Of a stretch of 64,000 nt of DNA, positions 12,036 to 24,866 are shown piece by piece. Within the stretch, counting starts at the first letter, position 1. Each line of letters starts with the position of its first letter. Source of the DNA: Leucoraja erinacea (lineage: Eukaryota); NCBI RefSeq assembly GCF_028641065.1, contig NC_073382.1:86118001-86182000 (forward strand), in the 5' to 3' direction. A program made the translations under genes and the position numbers. Below the pieces are notes generated by a model. It was not told the origin of the DNA, made no database searches, and worked only from the letters and a program-made list of their open reading frames with translations.

Positions 12036-12920
12036 ATGGCTGGTTTAACACTCGCTGCACCATCTCCATTCTTGGAAACTCGAGGAGAGCCTCCAGTACC
12101 ATGGATATGCTGGTATGAATGTTTCAAGACTTACCTGATCGCAAGTGGCCTGGACGGGGCGGCCATTTTGGACATTCGCCACAGAGCGATTCTGCTGCAT
12201 TGCCTCGGAACGGAGGGACAGCGAATCTTCGCGCTGCTCGACAGAGTGAGTACAGTACTGCTGTTAACGCACTGGGCAAATATTTCGTGTGCTGATAGAA
12301 TGATACCGGTTTCGCCAGCGGTCACAGGGACAGGGCGAACTGCATTGATAGCACTGCCTGCAAAGTGCAATTTTGGAGCACTGACGGATGTGCTGGTGAG
12401 AGACCAGCTGATCGAAAAGACTTTGGTCCAGCGGATTAGAGAGCGCCTTCTCACGGAGGATGATGCTCTCACACTCGAAAAGGCACAAGCGTTAGCTGTG
12501 CAAACTGAAAGTGCCATGCATAACGTCGAGGTGCTCAAACAACAGCAGATGGCATGCTCGGAGGGAGCATTTAGTCCTGCATCCTGTCAGATGAACACAG
12601 CACCAGTGCAGGACATTCAGAGGCAACCAAGACACGGTCGCTCAAACAAGCAGTGTCCGAATTGTGGCCGGACACACGCTCCCGGGGAATGTCCAGCGTA
12701 CGGTAAACGATGCAACGCGTACTCAAAGCTAAATCATTTAGAGAAAGTATGCCGGTCATCAAAGGAGAAGGCGTCATCGGTCTGCCAAGTAGATGATGCA
12801 TCTCCGGGTGGACACGATGTATATTCCATAAAGGACAGCGCTGACCAGGATGTTCGGTCAGCAGGGACTTTCAAAGACTGCAAGGTCGAGATCACTGGAC
12901 CTCGGTCTGGCTCCTCATAG
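12036..12920 (+). pseudogene. Gypsy gag (degenerate)
   Basis: ATG inside the PBS; MAGLTLAAP..PW..W..F..YL..ILLHCLG; zinc-knuckle region CPNCGRTH...CPAYGKRCNAYSKLNH...C. Confidence 0.8.
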
Positions 12921-15384
12921 ATGTGGGGGCAAAGGTTTTAATTTTGAGCGTTGACCTCTACAAAAGGTACTTTTTGGTTTACCCACTTACTTCCCTGAGG
13001 GACACTCTTCACGCTTATGATGTTTTAACACTACCCACAAGAGGGCTAGTGACCATTCCTGTTTGCTACAAAGGAGTTAAGCTTGATAGCTTCACATTCT
13101 ACATCGCAGAAGGAAAGAGTCTGATGGGAGTCAATTTGTTTGACCAACTAGTGTTCAAGCTTCAGGGATTCAACCAGCATGAACATCAATGTGATCAGTG
13201 ACGCAGACCATGGACATGTGTACCCCCTCTCTTTTCTCGGGTTTTGGGATAGTTAAAGGGTACTGCCACGCACGTCGTGTAAACACATCAGTCCGGCCCG
13301 TTTCACAACGTCTACCATTTTCCGTTCGCGTGGAAATCTCAACAGAACTGAAACGACTCGAAAAGGATGGTATCATTGAGCGCAACGATTCATCCCCTTG
13401 GATATCGAATCTGGTCATCGCACAACGCAAGAACGGTGAACTCAGGCTGTGCATCGATCTCAAAGCGGTCAACAAAGCCATTATTTCAGACAAATACCCT
13501 CTGCCAACAATACAAGAGCTAGCTGCATCGTTCCACGGTTCAATGGTGTTCGCAAAACTGGACATGCACCAAAGCTACCTTCAGGTACCACTAGCAGAAT
13601 GCAGTCGGCATTTGTCAGCATTCATTACACATGAAGGAGTATTTCAGTACCGTAGGATGCCGTATGGACTGTGCTCAGCGCCCAGCGCATTTCATAAAAA
13701 CGTGGCATCAGTTCTGACAGGCATTGACAGAGCACTCAATCTCCTCGATGATGTCGTGGTCCATGGAAGCGACAAAGAGGAACACGACCGACGACTGCAT
13801 GCAGTGTTAGCTCGTCTCGCGCTACACAACTTGACGTTCAACGCAGTAAAATGCACATTTACAGCATCCGAGATTGACTTTCTTGGGTACAGAGTGACAG
13901 CATCTGGAGTTGAGCCTACTCAGGACAATGTCCAAGTCATTAGCGTGATCCCTGCCCCAACTAACATGAAAGAGTTAGCATCATTTCTAGGCACCACCAA
14001 CTTCTACCGCAAGTTTGTGCTGCAGTACGCGCAGATCGCAGAACCGCTACAGAAGCTGTTACCGAAGGACACACAGTGGGAAAGGACTGATGAGCTGGAC
14101 TTCGCGTTCAACACGCTGAAAGACAAAATAGCATCTCCGCCTATTCTCACACACTTCGCCCCAAGTGCGGAAACGTACGTCAGAACAGATGCTTCCGATA
14201 TAGCGATCGGAGCAGTGTTCTTGTAGAGTATCGTTGGGAGCGAACGACCGATCGCATTTGTGTCCCATCCCTTGACTGCCACATGACGCAAGTACTCCAT
14301 CGGGGAACGCGAAGCATTAGCGTGCATCTAAGCGTGTGAATACTGGCACGTATACCTATACAGGAGACCATTCACTCTCCGTACAGATCACCTAACGCTA
14401 ACTACGTTGTTGGACACGTCAAGCTCAGGACACCGTCTGCTCAGGATCTACAGATGTTCCGATCGCCTTCACCAGTACAACTTCAAAGTAGAATACCTCG
14501 CAGGTTCACACAATCGCATCGCAGACATGCTCAGTTGCGTCTCAACGGCGGCACCCGCAAGCACAAGCGATAGCGACGCTTTAAGCGACATCGACAAATA
14601 CGTTCTTGCGGTAATTTTGCACGAGAAGGCTAATCTTGTTAGGGAGAGCTGAAACCGCACACTGCAAATCATCTGCCAATATCTCAGGACAGACTAGCCG
14701 AAGGAGATGGCAGTAGAAGATCGCGTAGAAGATTTCGTAAAAAATTGTGAAGCATGCACAATTAGTGAGAAAGAAACAAGACCATGTCCTGCCCCTCTTC
14801 AGCCAATCCCATGGCCGGACAAACCATGGAGGCACTTGCAACTCGATATCTTTGGAGAGGTGCAAGCTGCGCCAAGAAGCCAGCGGTTTCTACTTGTAGT
14901 ACACGATCTCCACAGCAAGTGGCCTGAGATCGCAACTACTTTCTCAGTCACGACAAGATCGATCATCATGATCCTCGAAAAGCTGTTCACTAAGTTGGAA
15001 CTGCAGGAGGTCAAAACGACGGACAACGGCCCTCAGTTCATATTTGAACAGTTCTCCACTTTCCTCGCGAGCTACGACATTCAACACTGGGTACGAATCA
15101 GCAGCCCTAACAGACAACATAAGCTTGCAACTGCCCTCTCCAAGCCGATACAGTTGAAACGGAGATTCGGCGAGAACGCGTACCTCCTCCAAGATAACAC
15201 CAGATGGAACACGAGGCGTCTAATTGCAACTAGACAGGGACAGGAAGAAGACGAATTGGACACTTTTCCTTTCCCAATATCCAATCAAGACAGTAATTGT
15301 GGTCAGCATACAGCAGAGCACACAGCAGAGCAGTCTATTCCCGCTCAACGCTCTCAGCGACAGAGGAGACTTCAAAATCTGTAG
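12915..15384 (+). pseudogene. Gypsy pol (protease, RT, RNase H, integrase) with stops, frameshifts and deletions
   Basis: protease-like IDVGA at about 12915; RT SPW..LRLCIDLKAVN..KLD..MPYGL.SAPSAF..LLDD..FLGY; RH TDASD.AIGAV; IN C..C..LQLD..TDNGPQF. Confidence 0.85.
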
Positions 15385-15517
15385 GATTATCAGCTGTGAA
15401 GCCTTAAGCGTTATGTGCACCGAGCTGTTATGTTGGACTGATTGCATATGGACATATTTTGGTGGGTAACGGGACTTACCCACTTACCAAGAACTTTCGT
15501 TTATAAGGAGGGAAATG

Positions 15518-15690
15518 TGTTGTGTCCTAGAGTCACCACTAGAGGGCTCTGCCTCGAGATGAATGTTTCCTAAGGTGGGTCCCTGGGAGATCTACAGGGG
15601 TTTTGCAGCAGCCATGTTAGGCTTGTAATAAACACACTTTGGGTTCTGTACACCAAGTATAGATTGTGAATTATTTAGCCCTCGAACACA
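15518..15690 (+). repeat. 3' LTR
   Basis: 173-bp copy of the 5' LTR with 4 substitutions, a 1-nt insertion and loss of 3 terminal nt (by eye). Confidence 0.95.
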
Positions 15691-15900
15691 AGCTGAAGGG
15701 CCTTCTCCTGTGCAGTGCGACACAGAGTCTGTTGGGGGTGGTAGTCGAGGTTTGTGGAAGACTCGGGTTTTGTAGGGTGGTCTTGCTCTCGAGTGGCTGT
15801 GCAGCATCCGCCTGTCACCTGCGCTGTGAGGAGCGGAGAGCGACCTGCTGGTTACATGCAATCTTGCAGCAGATTTAACCTCATCCCCCCTATGTTGCAG

Positions 15901-16215
15901 ATCTGCTGCCCGTCCGTCTGGTGAATGGGAACAACATGTGCTCCGGGAGAGTGGAGGTCTATCATAACTCCACCTGGGGCACCGTCTGCAACAGGAGCTG
16001 GGATATCAATGCGGGGAATGTGATCTGCAGGGTGTTGAACTGTGGGACGGCCCGGTCAGTACCAACAGCTGTCTCCTACGGAGAGGCCACTGGGAACATC
16101 TGGCTGGATGAAGTGACGTGTAACGGGACAGAGCCTGCCCTTGACCAGTGTCCTGCCAGCCCATGGGGGGTGAATAACTGCACACACGGAGAGTACGCTG
16201 AAGTCTACTGCTCAG
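15901..16215 (+). CDS. SRCR group B exon 5
   Basis: ttgcag/at ctg ctg ccc gtc (variant start DLLPVRL) ... tca g/gtgagt; 315 nt, open. Confidence 0.88.
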
Positions 16216-16960
16216 GTGAGTGTGGGTGGGGATGGTCCCTCCTTGAGGAATTTTACATTGAAACTCAAAGTGATGTTATCCATAGATAAAGACAACATGA
16301 AAATGAAGTTGTGGGCAGTGAGGGAGGTTGTGAACGGATGCTGCGGGATATAGATTAGTTGGGTATTAGAGCAGAGAAATGGCAGATGGAGCATAAATGT
16401 ACAAGAACGAAGTGATGCATTGCAAGAGACCAAATACACCCGGGAAGTACACAGTAAATGGCAGGACCCTCAGGAGCAGTCATATACAGTGATAGCGTGG
16501 GTTAACAAGAGCTTGTTGAGGATGTTGCCTCCAATGAAGAGTATTTGTTACATGGAGATTGTGGATGAATGTGTAGCTTTTTCTCTGAAGCGCAGATGCT
16601 GATGGGTGACTAGGTGGAAGAATATGAAATGTCCTCAACTATTAAAGTCCCACTCTGTCTAATCCATTCCCCTCTCACTCCTGGCACCACGTCATATTAC
16701 AGTCTCACCTCGCCTTTCACCAGTCTCAGAAGCTTTTCTTGACTTGATTCTGAATCTAACCTCATTCCCTATCTTGCCGAGGTAAGACAGGGATGGTTTA
16801 AAGGAAATTTAAGAGGTAGCCAGATCTTTATTCCTGAGATGGATTTGTCGATTTCCAGGGGGTACATGTTTAAGGTGAGAAGGAGAAGGATTAAAGGAGA
16901 GTTATGAGGTGAGTTCTGAGATCTTGACTCTAATTTCAACCTCATTCCCCTCTGTTGCAG

Positions 16961-17275
16961 GTCCGGTGCCCGTCCGTCTGGTGAATGGGAACAACATGTG
17001 CTCCGGGAGAGTGGAGGTCTATCATAACTCTACCTGGGGCACCGTCTGCGGCAGGAGCTGGGATATCAATGCGGGGAACGTGGTCTGCAGGGTGTTGAAC
17101 TGTGGGCCAGCCCGGTTAGTAACAACTGCTGTATCTAACGGAGAGGCCACTGGGAACATCTGGCTGGATGGGGTGAAGTGTAACGGGACAGAGCCTGCCC
17201 TCGACCAGTGTCCTGCCAGCCCATGGAGGGTGAATAATTGCACACACGGAGAGTACGCTGAAGTCTCCTGCTCAG
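16961..17275 (+). CDS. SRCR group B exon 6
   Basis: ttgcag / gtgagt, 315 nt, open. Confidence 0.9.
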
Positions 17276-18101
17276 GTGAGTGTGGGTGGGGCTGGTCCCT
17301 CCTTGAGGAGTGGGTTTCATTGCTCCGGTCAGGAATTTTACATTGAAACCGAAAGTGATGTTATCCATAAATAAAGACAACATAAAAATGAAGTTGTGGG
17401 CAGTGAGGGAGGTTGTGAACGGATGCAGTGGGATATACATTGGGAAAGTGGGCCAAGGACCGGCAGATGGAGTTTAATTGTGACAAGTGCAAACTGATGC
17501 ATTATGGGAAGTTGGGTATTAGAGCAGAGAAATGGCAGATGGAGCTTAAATGTACAAGAACGAAGGGATGCATTGCAAAAGACCAAATGCACTCAGGAAG
17601 TACACAGTTAATGGCAGGACCCTCAGGGGATTAATGTACAGGGATAGTGTAGGATAACCAGAGCTTGTTGAGGATGTTGCCTCCAAAGAAGAGTATTTGT
17701 TAACTGGAGATTGTGGATGAAGGTGGAGTGTTTTCTCTGAAGCACAGATGCTGATGGGTGACTAGGTGGAAGAATATGACATTTCCTCAACTAATATCCC
17801 ACCCTGACTAATACACTCCCCTCTCACTCCTGGCACCACATCATATTACACAGTCTCACCCTCCCCTTTCACCAGTCTCAGAAACATTTGTTGACTTGAT
17901 TCTGAATCTAACCTCATTCCCTATCTGGCCCAGGTAAGACAGGGAAGGTTTAAAGGAGATTTACGAGGTACTCAGATCTTTATTCCAGGGATGGATTTGT
18001 CCAATACCAGAGGGCACAGTTTTAAGGTGAGAAGGAGAAGGTTTAAAGAAGAGTTTTGAGAACTTGACTCTAATTTCAAGCTCATTCTCCCTCTGTTGCA
18101 G

Positions 18102-18416
18102 GTCCGGTGCCCGTCCGTCTGGTGAATGGGAACAACATGTGCTCCGGGAGAGTGGAGGTCTATCATAACTCCACCTGGGGCACCCTCTGCAGCAGGAGCT
18201 TTGATATCAATGCGGGAAACGTGGTCTGCAGGGTGTTAAACTGTGGGACGGCCCGGTTAGTAACAACTGGTGCATTCTACGGAGAGTCTACTGGGAACAT
18301 CGGGCTGAATGGGTTGAAGTGTAACGGTTCAGAGCCTGCCCTCGACCAGTGTTATGCCAGCCCATGGGGGGTGAATAACTGCAACCACAGTGAGGAGGCT
18401 GGAGTCTCCTGTTCAG
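18102..18416 (+). CDS. SRCR group B exon 7 (divergent subtype; IWL changed to IGL)
   Basis: ttgcag / gtgagt, 315 nt, open (ORF 18107); SRSFD, GAFYGEST, NHSEEAGV. Confidence 0.88.
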
Positions 18417-19233
18417 GTGAGTGAAAGTGGTGAGGCAAGGTTGCAAACCTTCTACTGAACTTTAGTTGTATATTTGTGCTCTCATCCCTCCATTCTTGTC
18501 ATCTTGATTTACAGCTTGGTTCACTGTCTTGCTGTGACTATAGAACTCCAGAATGCAGGGGATTACATTTGTCTATTTCATGTGCGCCTCTAATGAAATA
18601 TAGGCATGTTTATGGATTCAGATCAGTGAATGAAGAAGAACACTTTTTCCTCGCTGACTCTAAAACTAAAGCTAAAACTACATTGGGAAAGTGGGCCAAG
18701 GACCGGCAGATAGAGTTTAATTGTGACAAGTGCAAACTGATGCATTATGGGAAGTTAAAGCAGAGAACAATTTACAGAGTAAATTGCAGGGCCCTGGGAA
18801 AGTTTGTAGACAGAGAGACCTAGGGCTACAAGTACTAGATTCCTTGAAAGTAGCAACACATACAGACAGGGTGGCGAAGAAAGCATTTGGCACAATTGCC
18901 TTCATCATTCAGGGCTTTGACTAGAAAAGGTGGGAGGTTTTGAATGTAGCTCTAAAAGGCTTTAGTTTGACCACTTTTGTAGTATTCTGTTATATCCAGG
19001 ATCGCTCCATTACAGGAAGGACGTGGAAGCTTTGGAGAGGGAGCAGAAGTTCACCAAGAGGGTTTTAGATAGGCAGATGGATATGGAGGGAATAAGAATA
19101 TGGACCATGTGCAGGCAGAGGAGAATAGCTTATATTGACATCACGTTTGTGCACAGGCATTGTGGGCCGATGGACCTGTTCCGATGTACGTCATGTATTG
19201 TGTGTAGTCTGGTAGTTCGAAGGGTGCATGAAA

Positions 19234-22200
19234 CGTATAAGCATGGAAATAAACAAGATGGATCTGAGGGAGCGGCAGTGAGGGAGCGGCCTTATGAGTA
19301 AAGTGTGAGTCTTTGGCTCGATAGTCTTCGGCGAGGAGGCTGAGGAGAGTAGGCTGAGTTGAGGACGCTACGCATAAAGCTCGAGAGGACGGAGCGTGGT
19401 GAGCACATGTCAGGGCAGATGAGACAGTGTGAGGCTTGCAGAATGTGGGAGCCCAGGGACACAGATGAATCCTCTGGCTGCTACATCTATGACAAGTGCA
19501 TCCAGCTTCAGCTCCTAAAGGACCGTGTTGGGGCACTGGGGAAGCTGCTGGATGACCTCGGGGCCATTCCAGAAAACGAGAGTGAGGTAGTCATGCCGAG
19601 GATACAGGAAGGACCAAGGTGTGTGTCGGAGAGGAAGGGTGGAAATCATGGAGTGCAGTAGACTCGGGTGGCTGTGCCTAAAGAAAACAGGTACGCCCTC
19701 TTGTGAACTGTCCGGGGAGTCGATGTATCCAGTCCGAGCGGCGGACACGTTGGTGGCTCCAATCCTAGAGATGGGACTCGACCGGCGAGACCGACGTCGG
19801 GCAGAGCCCAAGTGGTGGGTGACTCCATTGTCCGAGGAGTGGACGGGAGATTCTGTGGAGGCAGACGAGATACGAGGATGGTCTGTTGCCTCCCTGGTAC
19901 CAAGGTTCAGGATGTCATGAACCGAATTCAGAATATCCTCGATAGAGAGAGAAGGTGAACAGCCAGCAGTAGTCGTGCACGTAAGCACAAATGAAATTGG
20001 GAAGAAGAGGAAGGAGGTTCTCCAACATGAGTTCAGAGAGTTGGGAAGTAGACTGAAATGCCAGACTTCTAGGGTGGTTATCTCTGGACTGCTTCCGATA
20101 CCTCGTGGTATTCCGGGAAAATCAGGTTGGTACTGGACCCGAAGAAAGGGACACAGAGTGCCTTTGTGATGGATTCTTTGAACAGCTTGTATTGGAGCCT
20201 ACCAGGGAGAAGGCAATTCTGGATTTAGTGTTATGTAATGAACCGGATTTGATAAAGGACCTCGAGGTTCATAAGTCATTAGGAGGCAGTGACCATAACA
20301 TGGTCAGGTTTAATCTACATTTGGAGAGGGAGAAGGGTACATCGGAGGTGTCAGTGTTACAGTTGAATAAAGGGGACTATGGGGCCATGAGGGAGGAGCT
20401 GGCCAAAGTTGACTGGAAAGATACACTAGCAGGGATGACAGTGGAACAAAAATGACAGGTATTTCTTGGAATAATACAGAAGGTGCAGGATCAGTCATTC
20501 CTGAGAGGAATAAAGATTTCAAGGGGAGAAAGGGACGACCATGGCTGACAAGGGACGTCGGGGACGGTATAAAAATTAAAGCGAAGATGTATAACGTAGC
20601 AGAGATGAGCGGGAAGCAAGAGGATTGGGTAATGTTTAAAGAACAACAGAAGATAACCAAAAAGACAATACGGGGAGAAAAGATGAGGTACGAAGGTAAG
20701 CTAGCCAAGAATATAAAGCAGGATAGTAAAAGCTTCTTTAGGTATGTGAAGAGGAAACAATTAGTTAAGACCAAAGTTGGACCCTTAAAGACCGAAAAAA
20801 GGTGAATTTATTATGGGGATCAAGGAAATGGCAGATGAACAGGTACTTTGGATCTGTCTTCACTAAGGAGGAGACAAACAATCTTCCTGATATAGTAGTG
20901 GCCAAAGGGTCTGGGGTGACAGAGGAACTGAAGGAAATCCACATTAGGCAGGAAATGGTGTTGGGTGGACTGATGGGTCTGAAGGCTGATAAATCCCCAG
21001 GGCCTGCTGGTCTCCATCCCAGGGTAGATAAGGAAGTGGCTCTAGAAAAATCGTGGAAGCATTGGTGAGAATTTTCCAATGTTCTATTGACTCAGGATCA
21101 GTTCCTGGATTGGAGGGTAGCTAATGTTATCCCACTTTTTAAGAATGACGAGAGAGAGAAAACAGGGAATTATAGACCAGTTAGCCTGACATCGATGGTG
21201 TGGAAGATGCTGGAGTCAATTATAAAAGATGAGATAGCCGAACATTTGGTTAGCAGTAACGGGATCGGTCCGAGTCAGCATGGATTTACGAAGGGGAAAT
21301 CATGCTTGACTAATCTTCTGGAATTTTATGAAGATGTAACTAGGAAAATGGACAAGGGAGAGCCAGTGGATGTAGTGTACGTAGACTTTCAGAAAGGATT
21401 TGATAAGGTCCCACTAAGGAGATTAATGGGCAAAATTTGGGCACATGGTGTTGGGGGTAGAGTGCTGACATGGATAGAGAAGTGGTTGGCAGACAGGAAA
21501 CAAAGAGTAGGGATTAACAGGTCCCTTTCCGAATGGGAGGCAGTGGCTAGTGGGGTACCGCAAGGCGCAGTGCTGGGACCGCAGCTATTTACAATATACA
21601 TCAATGATTTGGATGAAGGGATTCAAAGTAACATTAGCAAATTTGCAGATGACACAAAGCTGGGTGGCAGTGTGAATTGTGAGGAGGATGCTATGAGTGC
21701 AGGGTGATTGGACGGGTTGGGGGAGTGGGCAGATGCATGGCAGATGAAGTCTAAAGCGGATAAATGTGAGGTTATCCACTTTGGTAGCAGTAACAGGAAG
21801 GCAGATTATTATCTAAATGACATCAAGTTGGGAAAAGCGGAAATACAACGGGATCTGGTGGTCCTTGTACATCGGTCAATGAAAGTAAGCATGCAGGTAC
21901 AGCAGGCCGTGGCATGTTGGCCTTTATAACAAGACGAATCGAATATAGGAGCAAAGAGGTCATTCTGCAGTTGTACAGAGCCCTAGTGAGACCACACCTG
22001 GAGCATTGTGTACAGTTTTGATCGCCTAATTTGAGGAAGGATATTCTTGCTATTGAGGGAGTGCACCGTAGGTTTACAAAGTTAATTCCCAGGATAGCGG
22101 GACTGTCATATTCTGAGAGAATGGAGCAGCTGGGCTTGTACACTCCGGAGTTTAGAAGGATGAGAGGGTATCTCATTGAAACATATAAGATTGTTAAGGG

Positions 22201-22533
22201 TTTATACACGCTAGAGGCAGGAAATATGTTCCCGATGTTGGGGGAGTCCACAACCAGGGGCCACAGTTTAAGAATAAGGAGTCAGCCATTTAGAACGGAG
22301 ACGATAAACACATTTTCTCACAGAGAGTGGTGAGCCTGTGGTGGAGTCAGGTTATCTGGATGCTTTCAAGAGAGAGCTAGATAGGGCTCTTAAAGATTGC
22401 GGAGTCAGGGGATATAGGGAGAAGGCAGGAAAGGGGTACTGATTGGGGATGATCGGCCATGATCACATTGAATGGTGGTGGTGGCTCGAAGGGCTGAATG
22501 GCCTACTCCCGCACCTATTGTCTATTGTCTATT
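19234..22533 (+). mobile_element. CR1 LINE (ORF1 zinc finger/esterase remnants plus ORF2 RT), degenerate, copy 1
   Basis: CEACRMWE..DKC, VGDSIVRG esterase-like motif, RT NYRPVSLTS..QHGF..DFQKGFD..GVPQG.VLGP..FADD; (tgtctat)n tail ending 22533, after which host gaaaagattcagg resumes. Confidence 0.9.
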
Positions 22534-23472
22534 GAAAAGATTCAGGAGGATTTTACCAGGAGTGAAGGGTTTGAGTTATAGGGAGTCACTGGATAGAATA
22601 AGAGAATAATAATAGGAGGTAAACAGGAGGATAGAGCAGAGAAACTGGCCCTTCAGCCCACAGACTCCGCACTGATCATCACCCATTCACTCATACTAAT
22701 CTCAGATCTCAGATCACTCACCACACATTTCCGTCAACTCCCCAGACTCCCACCCTTATTGACACACTCGGGGAATTAACGCCAGACGATTAACTCAATT
22801 AGCTGAGATATGAGAGAGAATTGGTGCATCCGGGGGGGAAATTCATGCAGATCAGAGGGAGTGGGAAGACCAGATAAGCTGGAGTGAACGGACCAGGATC
22901 TGAAAGAGGTTCATAAAATCACAAGGGGTACAGATAACGTGGACATCACAACATATATGTAGGAAGGGACTGCCGATGTTGATTTAAACCGAAGATGGAC
23001 ACAAAAACTTGTGTAACTCAGCGGATCAGACAGCCTCTCTAGAGAACAGGAAATGGTTTCCGTTCGTGATCCGGCTTCCGACTGAAAAAGGGTCTCGACC
23101 TTAAAAATCACCTGTTCCTTCTCACCAGAGATGCTGTCTGCCCGCTGAGTTACTCTGGCTTTTGGTGTCAGTCACAATATATGTCCCTGGGCATGAGAGT
23201 GGGACGACATAGAGGGCACAGGTTGAAGGTGAAAATGCAAAGATTTAATAGGAACCTGAGACGTAACACACAGAGGGTAATGGGTGCATGGACAGAGCTG
23301 CCAGAGGAAGTGATTGAGGCAGGTGCAGTAAAAGCAACATTTAAAAGACATCTGGACAGATAAATGAACAAGAAAGCTTTGGCCAGCAGGGTAGCAGCGA
23401 CCTGCTGGCTACCCTGCTGAAAATCACATGCAATCCTGCTGCAGATTTAACTTTATCCCCCCTCTGTTGCAG

Positions 23473-23787
23473 GACCGGTGCCCGTCCGTCTGGTGAATGG
23501 GAACAACATGTGCTCCGGGAGAGTGGAGGTCTATCATAACTCCACCTGGAGCACCGTCTGCGGCAAGAGCTGGGATATCAAAGCGGGGAACGTGGTCTGC
23601 AGGGTGTTGAACTGTGGGCCAGCCCAGTTAGTAACAACTGCTGTCTCCAACGGAGTGGTCACTGGGAACATCTGGCTAGAGGGGGTGAAGTGTAACGGGA
23701 CAGAGCCTGCCCTCGACCAGTGTCCTGCCAGCCCATGGAAGGTGAATAATTGCACACACGGAGAGTACGCTGAAGTCTCCTGCTCAG
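23473..23787 (+). CDS. SRCR group B exon 8
   Basis: ttgcag / gtgagt, 315 nt, open (ORF 23478). Confidence 0.9.
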
Positions 23788-24551
23788 GTGAGTGTCGGTG
23801 GGGATGGTCCCTCCTTGAGGAGTGGGTTTTCATGCTCGGGTCAGGAATTTTACATTGAAACCGAAAGTGATGTTATCCATAAATAAAGACAACATGAAAA
23901 TGAGATGAAGTTGTGGGCAGTGAGGGAGGTTGTGAATGGATGCAGTGGGATATAGATTAGTTGGGTATTAGAGCAGAGAAATGGCAGATGGAGCTTAAAT
24001 GTGCAAGAACGAAGTGATCCATTGCAAGAGACCAAATGCACTCGGGAAGTACACAGCAAATGGCAGGACCCTCAGGGGAATTAATGTACATTGATAGTGT
24101 AGGTTAACAAGAGGTTGTTGAGAATGTTGCCTCCAATGAAGAGTATTTGTTACATGGAGATTGTGGATGAATGTGGAGTGTTTTCTCCGAAGCGCAGATG
24201 TTGTTGGGTGACTAGGTGGAACAATATGAAATTTCCTCAACTAGTAATATCCTACCCTGTCTAATCCACTCCCCTCACTCCTGTCACCACGTCATATTAC
24301 ACACTCACCTCCCCTTTCACAAGTCTCAGAAGCTTTTGTTGACGATTCTGAATCTAACCTCACTCCATATCTGGCCCAGGTAAGACAGGGAAGGTTTAAA
24401 GGAGATTTATGAGGCAGTCAGATCTTTATTCCTGGGATGGATTTGTCAAATTCCACAGGTTTAAGGTGAGAAGGAAAAGGTTTAAAGGAGAGTTATGAGG
24501 TGAGTTTTGAGAACTTGACTCTAATTTCAACCTCATCCCCCTCTGTTGCAG

Positions 24552-24866
24552 GGCCGGTGCCCGTCCGTCTGGTGAATGGGAACAACATGTGCTCCGGGAG
24601 AGTGGAGGTCTATCAAAACTCCACCTGGGGCACCGTCTGCGGCAGGAGCTGGGATATCCATGCGGGGAACATGGTCTGCAGGGTGTTGAACTGTGGGACG
24701 GCCCGGTCAGTACCAACAGTTGCATTCTACGGAGAGGCCACTGGGAACATCTGGCTGGATGGAGTGAATTGTAACGGGACAGAGCCTGCCCTCGACCAGT
24801 GTCCTGCCAGCCCATGGAGGGTGAATAACTGCACACACGGAGAGTACGCTGGTGTCTCCTGCTCAG
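24552..24866 (+). CDS. SRCR group B exon 9
   Basis: ttgcag / gtgagt, 315 nt, open. Confidence 0.9.

Larger units (their letters stand above)
11848..15690 (+). mobile_element. Ty3/Gypsy LTR retrotransposon, both LTRs present, coding region decayed
   Basis: LTRs 11848-12022 and 15518-15690 (TGTTGTGT..ACA), 5-bp TSD agctg (11843-11847, 15691-15695), PBS tggcgacgaggatgg 12025-12039, PPT aaggagggaaa 15505-15515, domain order gag-PR-RT-RH-IN. Confidence 0.95.
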
